Virus record (IMG/VR): IMGVR_UViG_3300002092_001784
Coordinates: 32,001-96,000 of that record
DNA: 64,000 nt
Origin: a virus
Taxonomy: Duplodnaviria > Caudoviricetes
Direction: 5' to 3' (one strand)
Every line of letters begins with the position of its first letter. The stretch's first letter is position 1. Shown here piece by piece: positions 36,234-46,402 of this stretch. Below the pieces are notes generated by a model. The model was given only the letters and a program-made list of their open reading frames with translations, searched no databases and had not been told where the DNA came from. A program made the position numbers and the translations under genes.

Positions 36234-37227
36234 ATTACCAATATTGATTTGTTTTGGAACAAGGCCAGAATGGTTGAAGGTTAAACCATTGGTGGACATT
36301 ATGAAAGATGATGAATATGTTTTGTTATTTACAGGTCAACACCCTGATTTGTTAAATGAGGTTGGTGTAGATAGACGTATAAAAATCATAGATTATGAAA
36401 ACCGATTAGATGCCGTTATTAGTAGTTGTATGCTACAATTTCCCGAAGGGAAATACAGAGCAGTACTTGTACAGGGAGATACCGCATCTGCCTTCGGATG
36501 TGCGATAGCAGCGTTTAATAGGCAAATTAAAATTCTGTATATGGAAGCCGGATTACGCAGTGGTAATTTGAAGCACCCGTATCCAGAAGAAGGATATAGA
36601 CAGATGATTTCTCGTATATCCGATATTAACTTTGCACCTACTGAATTATCAGAAACAAATTTATACGAAGAAAAGACACATGGTGATACTTTTGTGACAG
36701 GAAATACAATTTTGGACAGTTTAATTGGTTATGGTAACCCAACCTATGGTAATAGAGTATTGGTAACTTTACATCGTAGAGAAAATCATTTTTGGATAGA
36801 CCAATGGTTTGATGAAATTAATAAACTTGCAGTAGATAATCCAGAATTAGAGTTCATAATGCCAATACATCCAAATCCAATGGTAATCGCATTTAGAAAA
36901 CTATTACCAAATGTGACTTTGGTTGACCCTCTTGGACATGATGAATTAATTGGAATATTAAAAGATTGCAAATTAATAATAACCGATAGTGGTGGTTTAC
37001 AAGAAGAAGGCTCGTTTTTCAATAAAAAAGTGATTGTGTGTAGAAAAACAACAGAAAGACCGGAAGGTATTAAAAGTGGACATTTATATATGTGTGATTC
37101 CCCAAATAAACTTAGGAAATTATTTGTTAAATTGAATAAAAAACCGTATATTTGTAGCCCATGTCCATACGGTGATGGAAATGCTGCACAAAACATCTAT
37201 GATATAATACGAAATGAAAAATTTTAA
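36223..37227 (+). CDS. wecB: UDP-N-acetylglucosamine 2-epimerase (non-hydrolysing)
   Basis: GTRPE, TGQH, VQGDT, EAGLRS, VTLHRREN, TDSGGLQEE, TERPE, PYGDG. Confidence 0.93.
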   Translation: MKNKLPILICFGTRPEWLKVKPLVDIMKDDEYVLLFTGQHPDLLNEVGVDRRIKIIDYENRLDAVISSCMLQFPEGKYRAVLVQGDTASAFGCAIAAFNRQIKILYMEAGLRSGNLKHPYPEEGYRQMISRISDINFAPTELSETNLYEEKTHGDTFVTGNTILDSLIGYGNPTYGNRVLVTLHRRENHFWIDQWFDEINKLAVDNPELEFIMPIHPNPMVIAFRKLLPNVTLVDPLGHDELIGILKDCKLIITDSGGLQEEGSFFNKKVIVCRKTTERPEGIKSGHLYMCDSPNKLRKLFVKLNKKPYICSPCPYGDGNAAQNIYDIIRNEKF

Positions 37228-37990
37228 GGAGCATTTTGAATTTTTTACAAAAAAACTGTTAAATAAGGAAAACTTTGCGTTTTCACGATATTCTGATGGT
37301 GAGTTGTATATTCTTCAAAATAAAGAGTTGGTTCTTGGTGATGGTGTAATAAAAATAGGAGATCGGATTCAAAGAGGATTTTATCGAACGGAAGATCATA
37401 AACATTTTGATCCAAATCAACATTCATTTTATAGAGATAAATTAATTGAAGCATACAAACATCGTCAGATAGGTTATTACAAAGGTATAGGTTGTCAATG
37501 TTGTGTGGGTAAAGAAGCGTTTGATTGGCAACTTGAATTACATGGTGGTGATGATGAATCGCTTACGTGGGCAAACCTTTGGGTGAATGGTAATTATCCC
37601 AGTTTTGTAAGTAATATACTACCGATATTTTTTAGTAGAGATTGTGTATTCATTTGTAATGATAAAGCAAATTTGACACGTTTACCATTCGTTGTGAAGG
37701 ATTTTAGAGTAGGATATAATGCAATGGTAAATGATTATAATAAAATTGAAGATATAAAGAAATGGATCGGTGACAACAATATAGTTAATCATATTTTCTT
37801 ATTTTCAGCATCAACATTCAGTAATTTGGCAATATATGAACTCTATAAAGAATATCCAAATAACACTTATATTGATATTGGGACTTGCCTAACTCCGATG
37901 ATGGATATGCCAACGGAACGTAGTTATTTGCAAGAATATTGGAATTACATACAAGGCAATGACCTTCAAAAAATATGTATATGGAATTAG
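37214..37990 (+). CDS. GT-D fold (DUF1792-like) glycosyltransferase
   Basis: FSRYSDGE motif; C-terminal IDIG. Confidence 0.6.
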   Translation: MKNFKEHFEFFTKKLLNKENFAFSRYSDGELYILQNKELVLGDGVIKIGDRIQRGFYRTEDHKHFDPNQHSFYRDKLIEAYKHRQIGYYKGIGCQCCVGKEAFDWQLELHGGDDESLTWANLWVNGNYPSFVSNILPIFFSRDCVFICNDKANLTRLPFVVKDFRVGYNAMVNDYNKIEDIKKWIGDNNIVNHIFLFSASTFSNLAIYELYKEYPNNTYIDIGTCLTPMMDMPTERSYLQEYWNYIQGNDLQKICIWN

Positions 37991-38385
37991 GTAGAATTGA
38001 ATTTAACTTAGTAGAATGTAATACGGAATATTGGGAGTTTGTTAGGGAACTTCGTAATGATAGTAGAGTGATTGGTGGTTTTATAGAAACTACATATATT
38101 ACACCAGAAATGCAAAACGAATATATGAAACTACATCAACATGAATATCGTATTGGTTTACTCTATGGAAAGCCTGTTGGTTATGTTGGTGTAATTGAAG
38201 ATGATATTCGAGTCTGTACCCATCCGAATTATCAGAAATTAGGAGTTGGTAAATTTATGATAAATGAAGCTATGAAGATATGGCCAACTGCGTTTGCGAA
38301 AGTAAAGATTGATAATACTGCAAGTCTAAAATTGTTTGAATCTTGCGGGTTTACACAAAAATATGTAATTTTAACAAAAGATTGA
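37975..38385 (+). CDS. GNAT acetyltransferase
   Basis: YQKLGVG acetyl-CoA motif A; NTASLKLFESCGF. Confidence 0.85.
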   Translation: MYMELGRIEFNLVECNTEYWEFVRELRNDSRVIGGFIETTYITPEMQNEYMKLHQHEYRIGLLYGKPVGYVGVIEDDIRVCTHPNYQKLGVGKFMINEAMKIWPTAFAKVKIDNTASLKLFESCGFTQKYVILTKD

Positions 38386-38386
38386 T

Positions 38387-39013
38387 ATGTTACACAATCC
38401 ATATAAAATAGTAAAAATGTTTGAAGAAGAAATAGCGGCTTATACTGGAGCACCGTATGCTATTTCCGTAGATAGTTGTACTAATGCATTATTTTTAATG
38501 TGTAAGTATTTGGAAGTTGAAGATGTAACAATACCATCTAAAACTTACTTATCAGTACCACAATCGATTATTCATGCCGGTGGTAATGTTATCTTTGATA
38601 AACGACCGGTTACTAATCATTGGAGAGGTATTTATCAGTTAAAACCATATCCAATATGGGATGCAGCTAAACGGTTAACTAAAGATATGTATATACCCGG
38701 TTCATATATGGGATTATCATTTCATATTAAAAAGAGCCTACCAATTTGGAAAGGCGGTATGATTTTAACGGATGACCCTAAAGCTGATGACTGGTTTAGA
38801 AAAGCCAGATATGAAGGTAGAAGTGAAAAGTATTATAAAGAAGATGATATAACCTTTTGTGGTTGGAATATGTATATGACTCCACAACAAGCAGCTCAAG
38901 GATTAGCATTGTTTCAGAATTATCCCGAACATAAAGAAGATACTGCTGAATTGAATGGTTATAGAGATTTAACAGAGTTTACAGTATTCAAAAATAATAA
39001 GGTTATAGAATGA
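38387..39013 (+). CDS. compact DegT/DnrJ/EryC1 sugar aminotransferase
   Basis: VDSCTNAL, IWDAA, SFHIKK (PLP lysine), GGMILTD. Confidence 0.8.
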   Translation: MLHNPYKIVKMFEEEIAAYTGAPYAISVDSCTNALFLMCKYLEVEDVTIPSKTYLSVPQSIIHAGGNVIFDKRPVTNHWRGIYQLKPYPIWDAAKRLTKDMYIPGSYMGLSFHIKKSLPIWKGGMILTDDPKADDWFRKARYEGRSEKYYKEDDITFCGWNMYMTPQQAAQGLALFQNYPEHKEDTAELNGYRDLTEFTVFKNNKVIE

Positions 39014-39637
39014 AACGATGCATTGTAGTGCAAGGACCGACTATAAAAGAAGATGTTGATACGATAAAACAATGTTGGGGTGAGTTTCCTATTATTTTTT
39101 TCCACATGGGAAGATGCTGATAAAAATTGTTATGATCCCAATGATACTGTGATATTCAATATATATCCAGAAACTAACGGATTTCACAACTTTAATTTAC
39201 AAAGAATATCAACTTTAACTGGAATTTTGAAAGCAAAAGAACTTGGATTTGATAGAGTAATCAAGTGGCGTGGTGATTTTATTACAAATAATGCAACCGA
39301 ATTAGTTAAACTATTCAAAGATGATTACTTAAACTTTTATGCATTTATCAATGATCCAACCGGATATGTTACTGATTTTTTTATGGAGGGTGATGTTGAT
39401 GATATGCTGGAGTTGTTTAATATTATGGAAATTCATGGATACCCATTTCCCGAATTTTTAATTACAAAAAGATTGTATACTATGGGCTTAAATAATAAAG
39501 TAAATTTTATATGTAGGCAACTAACACAAGATACTAATATATATTGGAAAAAAATGAATTATTGGTTAACCGATAATAAGCAATACCCAGTTTATACGGA
39601 TTCTTTGCCAGAAATAACAAACCAACAATATCTTTGA
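39010..39637 (+). pseudogene. WavE-like glycan-modifying protein split by a +1 frameshift in a T7 tract (39095-39101)
   Basis: ATGA-coupled start reads MKRCIVVQGP...EFPIIF; removing one T joins it to STWED... of ORF 39080..39637, giving 208 aa with WavE-like VVQGP/IFSTW/NxQ..ST motifs. Confidence 0.75.
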
Positions 39638-39638
39638 T

Positions 39639-40364
39639 ATGAAAATAGCACTTTGTTTACACGGTATGTTCAATTCAACACAAGACCTGAGTTCAAATGG
39701 TTTTGATGGATATGATCATATTAAAAAACATATTTTGGATAAAGGTGATACTGATGTGTTTGTTCATAGTTGGGATATAGATATGCAAGATGTAATTACT
39801 GATTTGTACAAACCAATCACTGCTGTGTTTGAACCACAAAAGGATTTTACCGATTTAATATATGATAGAGATTTGGATTTATTACCAAATACACCTAGGT
39901 CACCTCAATCAGTACTATCACACCTATATAGTGTAACAGAGGTAATGAAATTACCATATAAAACCAATACCGAATATGATATAGTTGTAAAAGCACGATT
40001 TGATTTAGGTAGAATCAATAGAAATACATCAGGACCTGGATTAGGTAATCCGTATCCCGTTCAATGCATTAATTTTCAAACAGATATTCAATTTGATAAA
40101 ATTTATATGGCTGATTGGAATTATTTTAATATGGGGCCTGCTGATATGTGGTTTTATGGTTCTTATAATGTTATGCGTTTGTTTGGTGGGTTATACGAAT
40201 CACTTATTAGCCAAATGGAAATCAATAGTCCATTTTTCAAATTTGCTGTTAATATAGAAGGAAATGCGGGTGACCTTTCCAATTCAATAGCTTTTTATAA
40301 ATACTGGATGATACAGAATGGACTTTGGGAAAAACGAATAAATTTACCTACGTTATGGGAATAA
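39639..40364 (+). CDS. hypothetical glycan-locus protein (paralog family MKIALxxxG...YDxxxxxRxD)
   Basis: MKIALCLHG, DVFVHSW, YDIVVKARFD, DMWFYG. Confidence 0.65.
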   Translation: MKIALCLHGMFNSTQDLSSNGFDGYDHIKKHILDKGDTDVFVHSWDIDMQDVITDLYKPITAVFEPQKDFTDLIYDRDLDLLPNTPRSPQSVLSHLYSVTEVMKLPYKTNTEYDIVVKARFDLGRINRNTSGPGLGNPYPVQCINFQTDIQFDKIYMADWNYFNMGPADMWFYGSYNVMRLFGGLYESLISQMEINSPFFKFAVNIEGNAGDLSNSIAFYKYWMIQNGLWEKRINLPTLWE

Positions 40365-41053
40365 AATGGACTATATTAATTTACACACATTCGGATATGG
40401 CAGATGTGTGGCCGATGTTCTTTGGGCAACTGACTAAATACGGATTGGATACCAAATTTGAGATTTATGTTGCTGTTAATAAAAATGATGAAAGAATACC
40501 GTATACACAACTTTATTACAATGATAAACTATCATATACTGATAGATTAAAATCAATTTTAGAACAAATATCAGATGATACTATATTGTTTATACATGAA
40601 GATATGGTATTATACGATACGCCAAATTTTGGATTATTAAATCGATATTTCAATTATGTATATACTGGATATGCCGATAGTATTAAACTTATTTATGTGG
40701 AGAACGGTATTACTACAACGGATTTGGATGAAACATTGGTTACCAATCCTTATGCAAAGTTTTCAATTCAGCCTACAATAATTAAGACTTCTCGGTTAAA
40801 TTCATTATTAGATATTGTTGGTAGTGTAAGCATTTGGGATTTCGAACACAAAGCACCGTATTCTGAATTAGATTTTATGTCTAAAATTGGTAATGAAAAC
40901 AGAAGAGGTAGTTTACACTATGATAGTTCGGTATTTCCATATATAGCAACTGCTATCACAAAGGGTAAATGGAATTATAATCAATATAAAGTAGAATTAG
41001 ATAATCTTTTTGAACAATATAATATAAATCCATTTGAAAGGGGAATACTATGA
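40325..41053 (+). CDS. hypothetical GT-A-like protein
   Basis: ILFIHED motif; operon context; exact start uncertain. Confidence 0.5.
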   Translation: MGKTNKFTYVMGIKWTILIYTHSDMADVWPMFFGQLTKYGLDTKFEIYVAVNKNDERIPYTQLYYNDKLSYTDRLKSILEQISDDTILFIHEDMVLYDTPNFGLLNRYFNYVYTGYADSIKLIYVENGITTTDLDETLVTNPYAKFSIQPTIIKTSRLNSLLDIVGSVSIWDFEHKAPYSELDFMSKIGNENRRGSLHYDSSVFPYIATAITKGKWNYNQYKVELDNLFEQYNINPFERGIL

Positions 41054-42417
41054 TAAAATTAATAATTTTCGATCTTGATGGTGTGTTGGTATCGGCAAAA
41101 CATATACATTATGAAACACTTAATACCGCAATTGAAACGGTTGCTGGTAAGCAATATGCCATTACTGAAACGGAACATCTGTCTACATATGATGGATTAA
41201 AAACAAATCAGAAATTGGAAATGTTGACAAATTCCAAAGGATTACCATTGGCATTGCATACCGAAATTTGGAGTATGAAACAAAAGTTGACAATAGAAGC
41301 AATATCTGAACTGAAACAAGATGAACGATTGGTCGGTATATTTAACGAATTATCGCATAGAGGCTATAAATTGGCATGTGCTTCAAATTCAATTCGTCGT
41401 TCTGTGCTGGTTATGCTATCCAAAATCGGAGTGATTGAGTATATGGATTTAATACTTTCAAACGAAGATGTGAAGAACTCCAAACCGCATCCGGAAATGT
41501 ATTGGAAGGCAATGAGTATGATGGGAGTGTTACCTGATGAAACTCTTATAGTTGAAGATTCACCAACTGGATTACTTGCCGCAAGTAGAAGTAGAGCAAC
41601 AGTTTTGAGAGTGGACAACCCTGATGATGTGACATTAGAAAAAATCGAAACTAAATTAAAAGATAATAAAATTATGAGTATTCCAAAATGGCAAGGAGGT
41701 AAGATGAATGTTCTCATTCCAATGGCTGGGGCTGGAAGTAGGTTTCAGCAAGCAGGTTATACGTTTCCAAAACCACTAATTGATGTGGCTGGTAAACCAA
41801 TGATTCAAGTTGTAGTTGATAATATTAACATAGATGCAACTTTCATATATGTAGTACAGAAATCTCATAGAGAGAAATACAATTTGGATACGTTATTGAA
41901 TATAATAACACCAAACTGTAAAATAGTTGAGGTTGATGGATTGACTGAAGGTGCTGCTTGTACTACATTATTGGCTAAGGAATTTATAGATAATGACCAA
42001 CCATTACTGATGGCAAATTCTGATCAATTTATTGAGTGGGACAGTAATGAATTTATGTATAAGATGATTGAGCAGAATGCCGATGGGGGTATTCTTACAT
42101 TTTATTCGATTCATCCAAAATGGTCATATGCAAAACTTGATGAAAATGGTTATGTAACGGAAGTTCAAGAGAAAAATCCAATATCAGATAAGGCAACCGT
42201 TGGAATTTACTATTGGAAGCATGGTAGTGATTATGTTAAATATGCTGAACAAATGATAGAGAAAAATATCAGAGTGAATGGGGAGTTTTATACATGCCCT
42301 GTTTATAATGAAGCAATATCAGATGGGTTAAAAATTAAGACATTTGGTATTGAAAAAATGTGGGGAATTGGTGTACCAGAAGATTTACAATATTTTTTAG
42401 AAAATTATAAAAAATGA
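41050..42417 (+). CDS. HAD phosphatase fused to a sugar-phosphate nucleotidyltransferase
   Basis: IFDLDGVL, KPHP, VEDS; then IPMAGAGSRF...PKPLI, ANSDQ, GEFY. Confidence 0.88.
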   Translation: MIKLIIFDLDGVLVSAKHIHYETLNTAIETVAGKQYAITETEHLSTYDGLKTNQKLEMLTNSKGLPLALHTEIWSMKQKLTIEAISELKQDERLVGIFNELSHRGYKLACASNSIRRSVLVMLSKIGVIEYMDLILSNEDVKNSKPHPEMYWKAMSMMGVLPDETLIVEDSPTGLLAASRSRATVLRVDNPDDVTLEKIETKLKDNKIMSIPKWQGGKMNVLIPMAGAGSRFQQAGYTFPKPLIDVAGKPMIQVVVDNINIDATFIYVVQKSHREKYNLDTLLNIITPNCKIVEVDGLTEGAACTTLLAKEFIDNDQPLLMANSDQFIEWDSNEFMYKMIEQNADGGILTFYSIHPKWSYAKLDENGYVTEVQEKNPISDKATVGIYYWKHGSDYVKYAEQMIEKNIRVNGEFYTCPVYNEAISDGLKIKTFGIEKMWGIGVPEDLQYFLENYKK

Positions 42418-43025
42418 GTAAAGTTAGAATGGTATTTGGCGGTCAGTGGAGAGGTACACCTGAAACATGGGAGTGTGTAAAAAAATTCAAAGAATATCAT
42501 AATGCCGATGTATATGTTGCATCGCATCAAAGTTGGAAATTTCCGTTTGAATTTAATTTCGTACAGACACCCGAAAGATTGAACGGTACTATATTTGAAC
42601 AGGTCTATCATGCGCATAATGAAAAATACATATTGCAGTGGTCTGGGTTATATAACAGTTGGAATAATTGGAATTTTAATTGGGATGCTTCGGATATTGT
42701 AGTACGAGTCAGAAATGATTTGGTCTTTCCTATTTTTGAATTGAATCCGGAAGAAAATACATTTCATGTACCGACAAAAGAATTTCATGCCGAACCATTC
42801 CCTACTGATATTTTTTGTAATGACCAAATTTCGTATGGATATAAGGATGTAATGGATACCTATTTTAAGTTGCCATACACATTTAATTGGAAATATCCAA
42901 GAAAACAAAAAGCAATAGAATATCATAACGGAATTTGTGGTATCGAAGAAATACTAAGAACGCATTTGTATGATAATAACATAGAATTAAAAACATTTGA
43001 TTTGATATATGACAGGGGAAAATAA
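42414..43025 (+). CDS. hypothetical glycan-locus protein (same paralog family)
   Basis: GQWRG, DVYVASH, DIVVRVRNDL, NDQISYG. Confidence 0.6.
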   Translation: MSKVRMVFGGQWRGTPETWECVKKFKEYHNADVYVASHQSWKFPFEFNFVQTPERLNGTIFEQVYHAHNEKYILQWSGLYNSWNNWNFNWDASDIVVRVRNDLVFPIFELNPEENTFHVPTKEFHAEPFPTDIFCNDQISYGYKDVMDTYFKLPYTFNWKYPRKQKAIEYHNGICGIEEILRTHLYDNNIELKTFDLIYDRGK

Positions 43026-43716
43026 AATAAAAGTGGATGCTGAAAATAGATATACGGCAATGCAAAAACTAGCATATTCGATTGGAACTACAAATCACGA
43101 TGAGCATAACCAAAATCCTGATTATTGGCATATTCTTTTGGGTGAATTAAATAATACTGATTTGTGGGAGAATAAAGTTGCTCTTGATTTTGGTTGCGGT
43201 AAAGGTAGGAATGTGGTAAATATACACAGTAAATGTAATTGGACTCGAGTAGATGGTATTGATTTATCCGAAGCTAATATTCATTATTGTAAAAATAATT
43301 ACCCATATCTACCAAGTAATTGGTACACAAACAATGGTATTGATGTTTCCGTATTAAACGATAATGAATATGATTTTATATTATCTACTATTACTTTACA
43401 GCATATACCAGTATATGATATTAGAAAGAATATAATAACAGATTTATTTAGGGTATTGAAACCAAACGGTATTTTTTCGTTTCAAATGGCATATGGTGAA
43501 CATATAAATACTAACGAAAACGTAAGTTCATATTTTGAAAACTATTATGATGCACGTGGTACAAATAGTGCAAATGATGTTAGAATTGAAAATATAGAAG
43601 ATGTTGTTAATGATTTACAAGAAATAGGATTTGTAAATGTAAAAACTGAAATAAGAAATTCATATTCAGATGATGGTCATCCATACTGGATTTATGTGAA
43701 ATGTTCTAAAAAATGA
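43009..43716 (+). CDS. class I SAM-dependent methyltransferase
   Basis: ALDFGCGKG, GIDLS, LQHI, RVLKPNG. Confidence 0.9.
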   Translation: MTGENKIKVDAENRYTAMQKLAYSIGTTNHDEHNQNPDYWHILLGELNNTDLWENKVALDFGCGKGRNVVNIHSKCNWTRVDGIDLSEANIHYCKNNYPYLPSNWYTNNGIDVSVLNDNEYDFILSTITLQHIPVYDIRKNIITDLFRVLKPNGIFSFQMAYGEHINTNENVSSYFENYYDARGTNSANDVRIENIEDVVNDLQEIGFVNVKTEIRNSYSDDGHPYWIYVKCSKK

Positions 43717-44384
43717 AAATTGCAATACTTTTAGCAGGACCGTATAGAGGTAGTACTCAAATATTGGAAAATCATTTACAATTCATAGGTGAGTACGATA
43801 TTTATGTTTCTTGCTTTGAACATTATAAAAATGACTGGATAAATAGTGGTTGGCCGATTAAAAAACTGTTTATCACACCAACTATTAATTTTAATGAAAC
43901 AAATTGGTCTAAGTATCGAAACGATTTAGCAGGACAAAGTGGATTTTGGCAATTTTGGAATTTGAGAAATGTAATACTAAATGTAGATAAAGATTATGAC
44001 TGGTATATAAAAAATAGGTGTGATTTACTGTTTAATACCAATGTGATTACTTCTGATTTTTTTGAAAATCTAAAGCCAAATACATTATACGCACCGTCTA
44101 ATATGTTTAATTCAAATACATGGAATGATAATGCGATTAATGATCAGTTTTATATTGGAGATTATACAGTTATGAAGGTAGTATCAGAATTTAGTATTAA
44201 TTACTATGATACATTCAGACATCAACTCAATGCAGGTGGAAATGAAAATTGTTTGAAAAATTGGTTAGATGATAATAATATATTAATTGAACCGGTTTCT
44301 TTTATAAAATATACCAAAGATTTTAATGGATACCAATACCCAACCGGAAACGATATTAACCAATACCAATTGGAAAATTTTTAA
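43713..44384 (+). CDS. hypothetical glycan-locus protein (same paralog family)
   Basis: MKIAILLAGPYR, YDWYIKNRCDL, NDQFYIG. Confidence 0.6.
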   Translation: MKIAILLAGPYRGSTQILENHLQFIGEYDIYVSCFEHYKNDWINSGWPIKKLFITPTINFNETNWSKYRNDLAGQSGFWQFWNLRNVILNVDKDYDWYIKNRCDLLFNTNVITSDFFENLKPNTLYAPSNMFNSNTWNDNAINDQFYIGDYTVMKVVSEFSINYYDTFRHQLNAGGNENCLKNWLDDNNILIEPVSFIKYTKDFNGYQYPTGNDINQYQLENF

Positions 44385-44393
44385 TAAATTACA

Positions 44394-45557
44394 ATGAAAA
44401 AAATAACATTTTGTATACCAACTAAGAATAATTTGAGATACCTTAAAGGGTGTATTCAATCAATACGAGAAAACAGTACATATGATAATGATATTATCGT
44501 ATTTGTAGATTCGGACAATGATGGAACTATTCATTGGTTAAAGGAAAATAGTATAAATTGCCTAATAAATGATAGTGGTACTCCAAAAGGTATTGCGTAT
44601 GGCTATAATCGATGTATTGAATCGGCTAAAACCAATATAGTATGTATGTTTCATGCTGATATGTATATGGCTAAGGGATTTGATACTGCTATACTGAAAC
44701 ATCTAAAACCGTTATCGGTAGTTAGTGGTACTCGTATCGAACCACCATTACACCCAAAGGGACAGGAGAAGGTGGTTGAAGATTTTGGTATGTATCCAGA
44801 AGATTTTAAGAAAGATGAATTTGAAGCATATACTGCCAAATTTAGCACCTTATATGAAGGTGTTACAACGCGCGGTATATTTGCTCCTTGGGCAATCTAT
44901 AAAGAAGATATAACCTCAATGGGTATGCACGATGAGATGTTCCATTCGTATCACGAAGATAGTGACATATTCAATCGTTTTATATTAAATGGGTATGAAA
45001 TAATTCAAACATGGGAGGGGTTGGTATATCATCTAACATGCAGAGGCGGTCAGTTTCAAGACGGAATCGAAAAAGTGACAACTGATACATTTTTTCATAA
45101 AATGAAAAATAATGCGTTCCGTAATTATGTTAGAAAGTGGGGCAGCTTTATTAAGAATGATATTCACCAATATCCAATAATACCTCACAAATATAATATA
45201 GGTCTTTATTTGAAAAATGGAACACCTGAGTTACTTAATATGTTAGAGCCGTGGTGTTCCAGTATATTTGTATCATTGCCAAACTCAGTTATTCAGAAAT
45301 ATATTACCGATGAACAGCCAAATACCAATGTAAACCTAAAAGAAAAAATAAATAGTGTACGCAGTGATAGTAGACCGGATATAACAGTAACGGTCGATGG
45401 TAGTAAATTAACACAACAATCTATTAATTTCATTTTTACATTATGTGAAATTTTGGATGCGAACGATTTGGTAGCCGGTGAATATGATTTTGATATATTT
45501 TCAATCACTGTATATAGAATCAATCATATTGAGAAGAATTTAATTAATAATAAATAA
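44394..45557 (+). CDS. glycosyltransferase family 2
   Basis: FCIPTKNN, FVDSDNDG, FHADMY, HEDSD. Confidence 0.85.
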   Translation: MKKITFCIPTKNNLRYLKGCIQSIRENSTYDNDIIVFVDSDNDGTIHWLKENSINCLINDSGTPKGIAYGYNRCIESAKTNIVCMFHADMYMAKGFDTAILKHLKPLSVVSGTRIEPPLHPKGQEKVVEDFGMYPEDFKKDEFEAYTAKFSTLYEGVTTRGIFAPWAIYKEDITSMGMHDEMFHSYHEDSDIFNRFILNGYEIIQTWEGLVYHLTCRGGQFQDGIEKVTTDTFFHKMKNNAFRNYVRKWGSFIKNDIHQYPIIPHKYNIGLYLKNGTPELLNMLEPWCSSIFVSLPNSVIQKYITDEQPNTNVNLKEKINSVRSDSRPDITVTVDGSKLTQQSINFIFTLCEILDANDLVAGEYDFDIFSITVYRINHIEKNLINNK

Positions 45558-46402
45558 TGAAAACAGTATTAGTTACAGGTGGTTGTGGTTTTATTGGTTA
45601 TGCTTTAACGGGGGAACTTATTAGGAGAGGATATTCTGTTGATGTTATTGATAATCTTTCTATTGGACGTGAAGCTAAAGATGTATCAGATACTGGGGCT
45701 ACATTTTTACATGGTGATGTAAGGGGTATGGAAAACTTAATTATGAGACCACATGATTATGTTTTTCATTTGGCAGCATTAAGTAGAATACAACCATCTT
45801 TTCAAAACCCAACACAAACTTTTTCGGTAAATGTTGATGGTACTCGGCAAGTTATAGAATATGCACATCGTACTAAAGCTAAACTGATATATGCCGGTTC
45901 TTCTTCACGATGGCATAACCCAACATTATCACCATATGCTATGAGTAAACATATGGGAGAAGAGTGGATTAAGATGTATAAAAAGGTATATGGACTAAAT
46001 TCTGAAATAGTTAGGTTTTACAACGTATATGGGCCCGGAGAATTAGTGGATTCGCATATGGCGGCTGTAATTGGATTATGGCGGTCCGCAATTAAAAAAG
46101 GTCAACCGATTTTAATACACAGTGATGGTGAGCAACGTAGAGATTTTACTCACATTGATGATATTATAGATGGATTGATTAAAATTGCAGAAAGTGATGA
46201 AACCCATGAAGATGCGTGGGAATTGGGTACTGGGAAGAATTACTCATTAAACGAAGTTGCTGATATGTTTGGGGCTGACCGGAAATATACAGATGATGTT
46301 AAAGGTAATTATAGAGAAACATTAAGAGTTAATAATGATGCTATTGATAGATTGGGATGGCAACCTAAAGATAGATTAAAACAATATATAGACGGATTAT
46401 GA
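45557..46402 (+). CDS. NAD-dependent nucleotide-sugar epimerase/dehydratase
   Basis: VTGGCGFIG, FHLAA, YAMSK, RFYNVYGP, RDFTHIDD. Confidence 0.92.
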   Translation: MKTVLVTGGCGFIGYALTGELIRRGYSVDVIDNLSIGREAKDVSDTGATFLHGDVRGMENLIMRPHDYVFHLAALSRIQPSFQNPTQTFSVNVDGTRQVIEYAHRTKAKLIYAGSSSRWHNPTLSPYAMSKHMGEEWIKMYKKVYGLNSEIVRFYNVYGPGELVDSHMAAVIGLWRSAIKKGQPILIHSDGEQRRDFTHIDDIIDGLIKIAESDETHEDAWELGTGKNYSLNEVADMFGADRKYTDDVKGNYRETLRVNNDAIDRLGWQPKDRLKQYIDGL

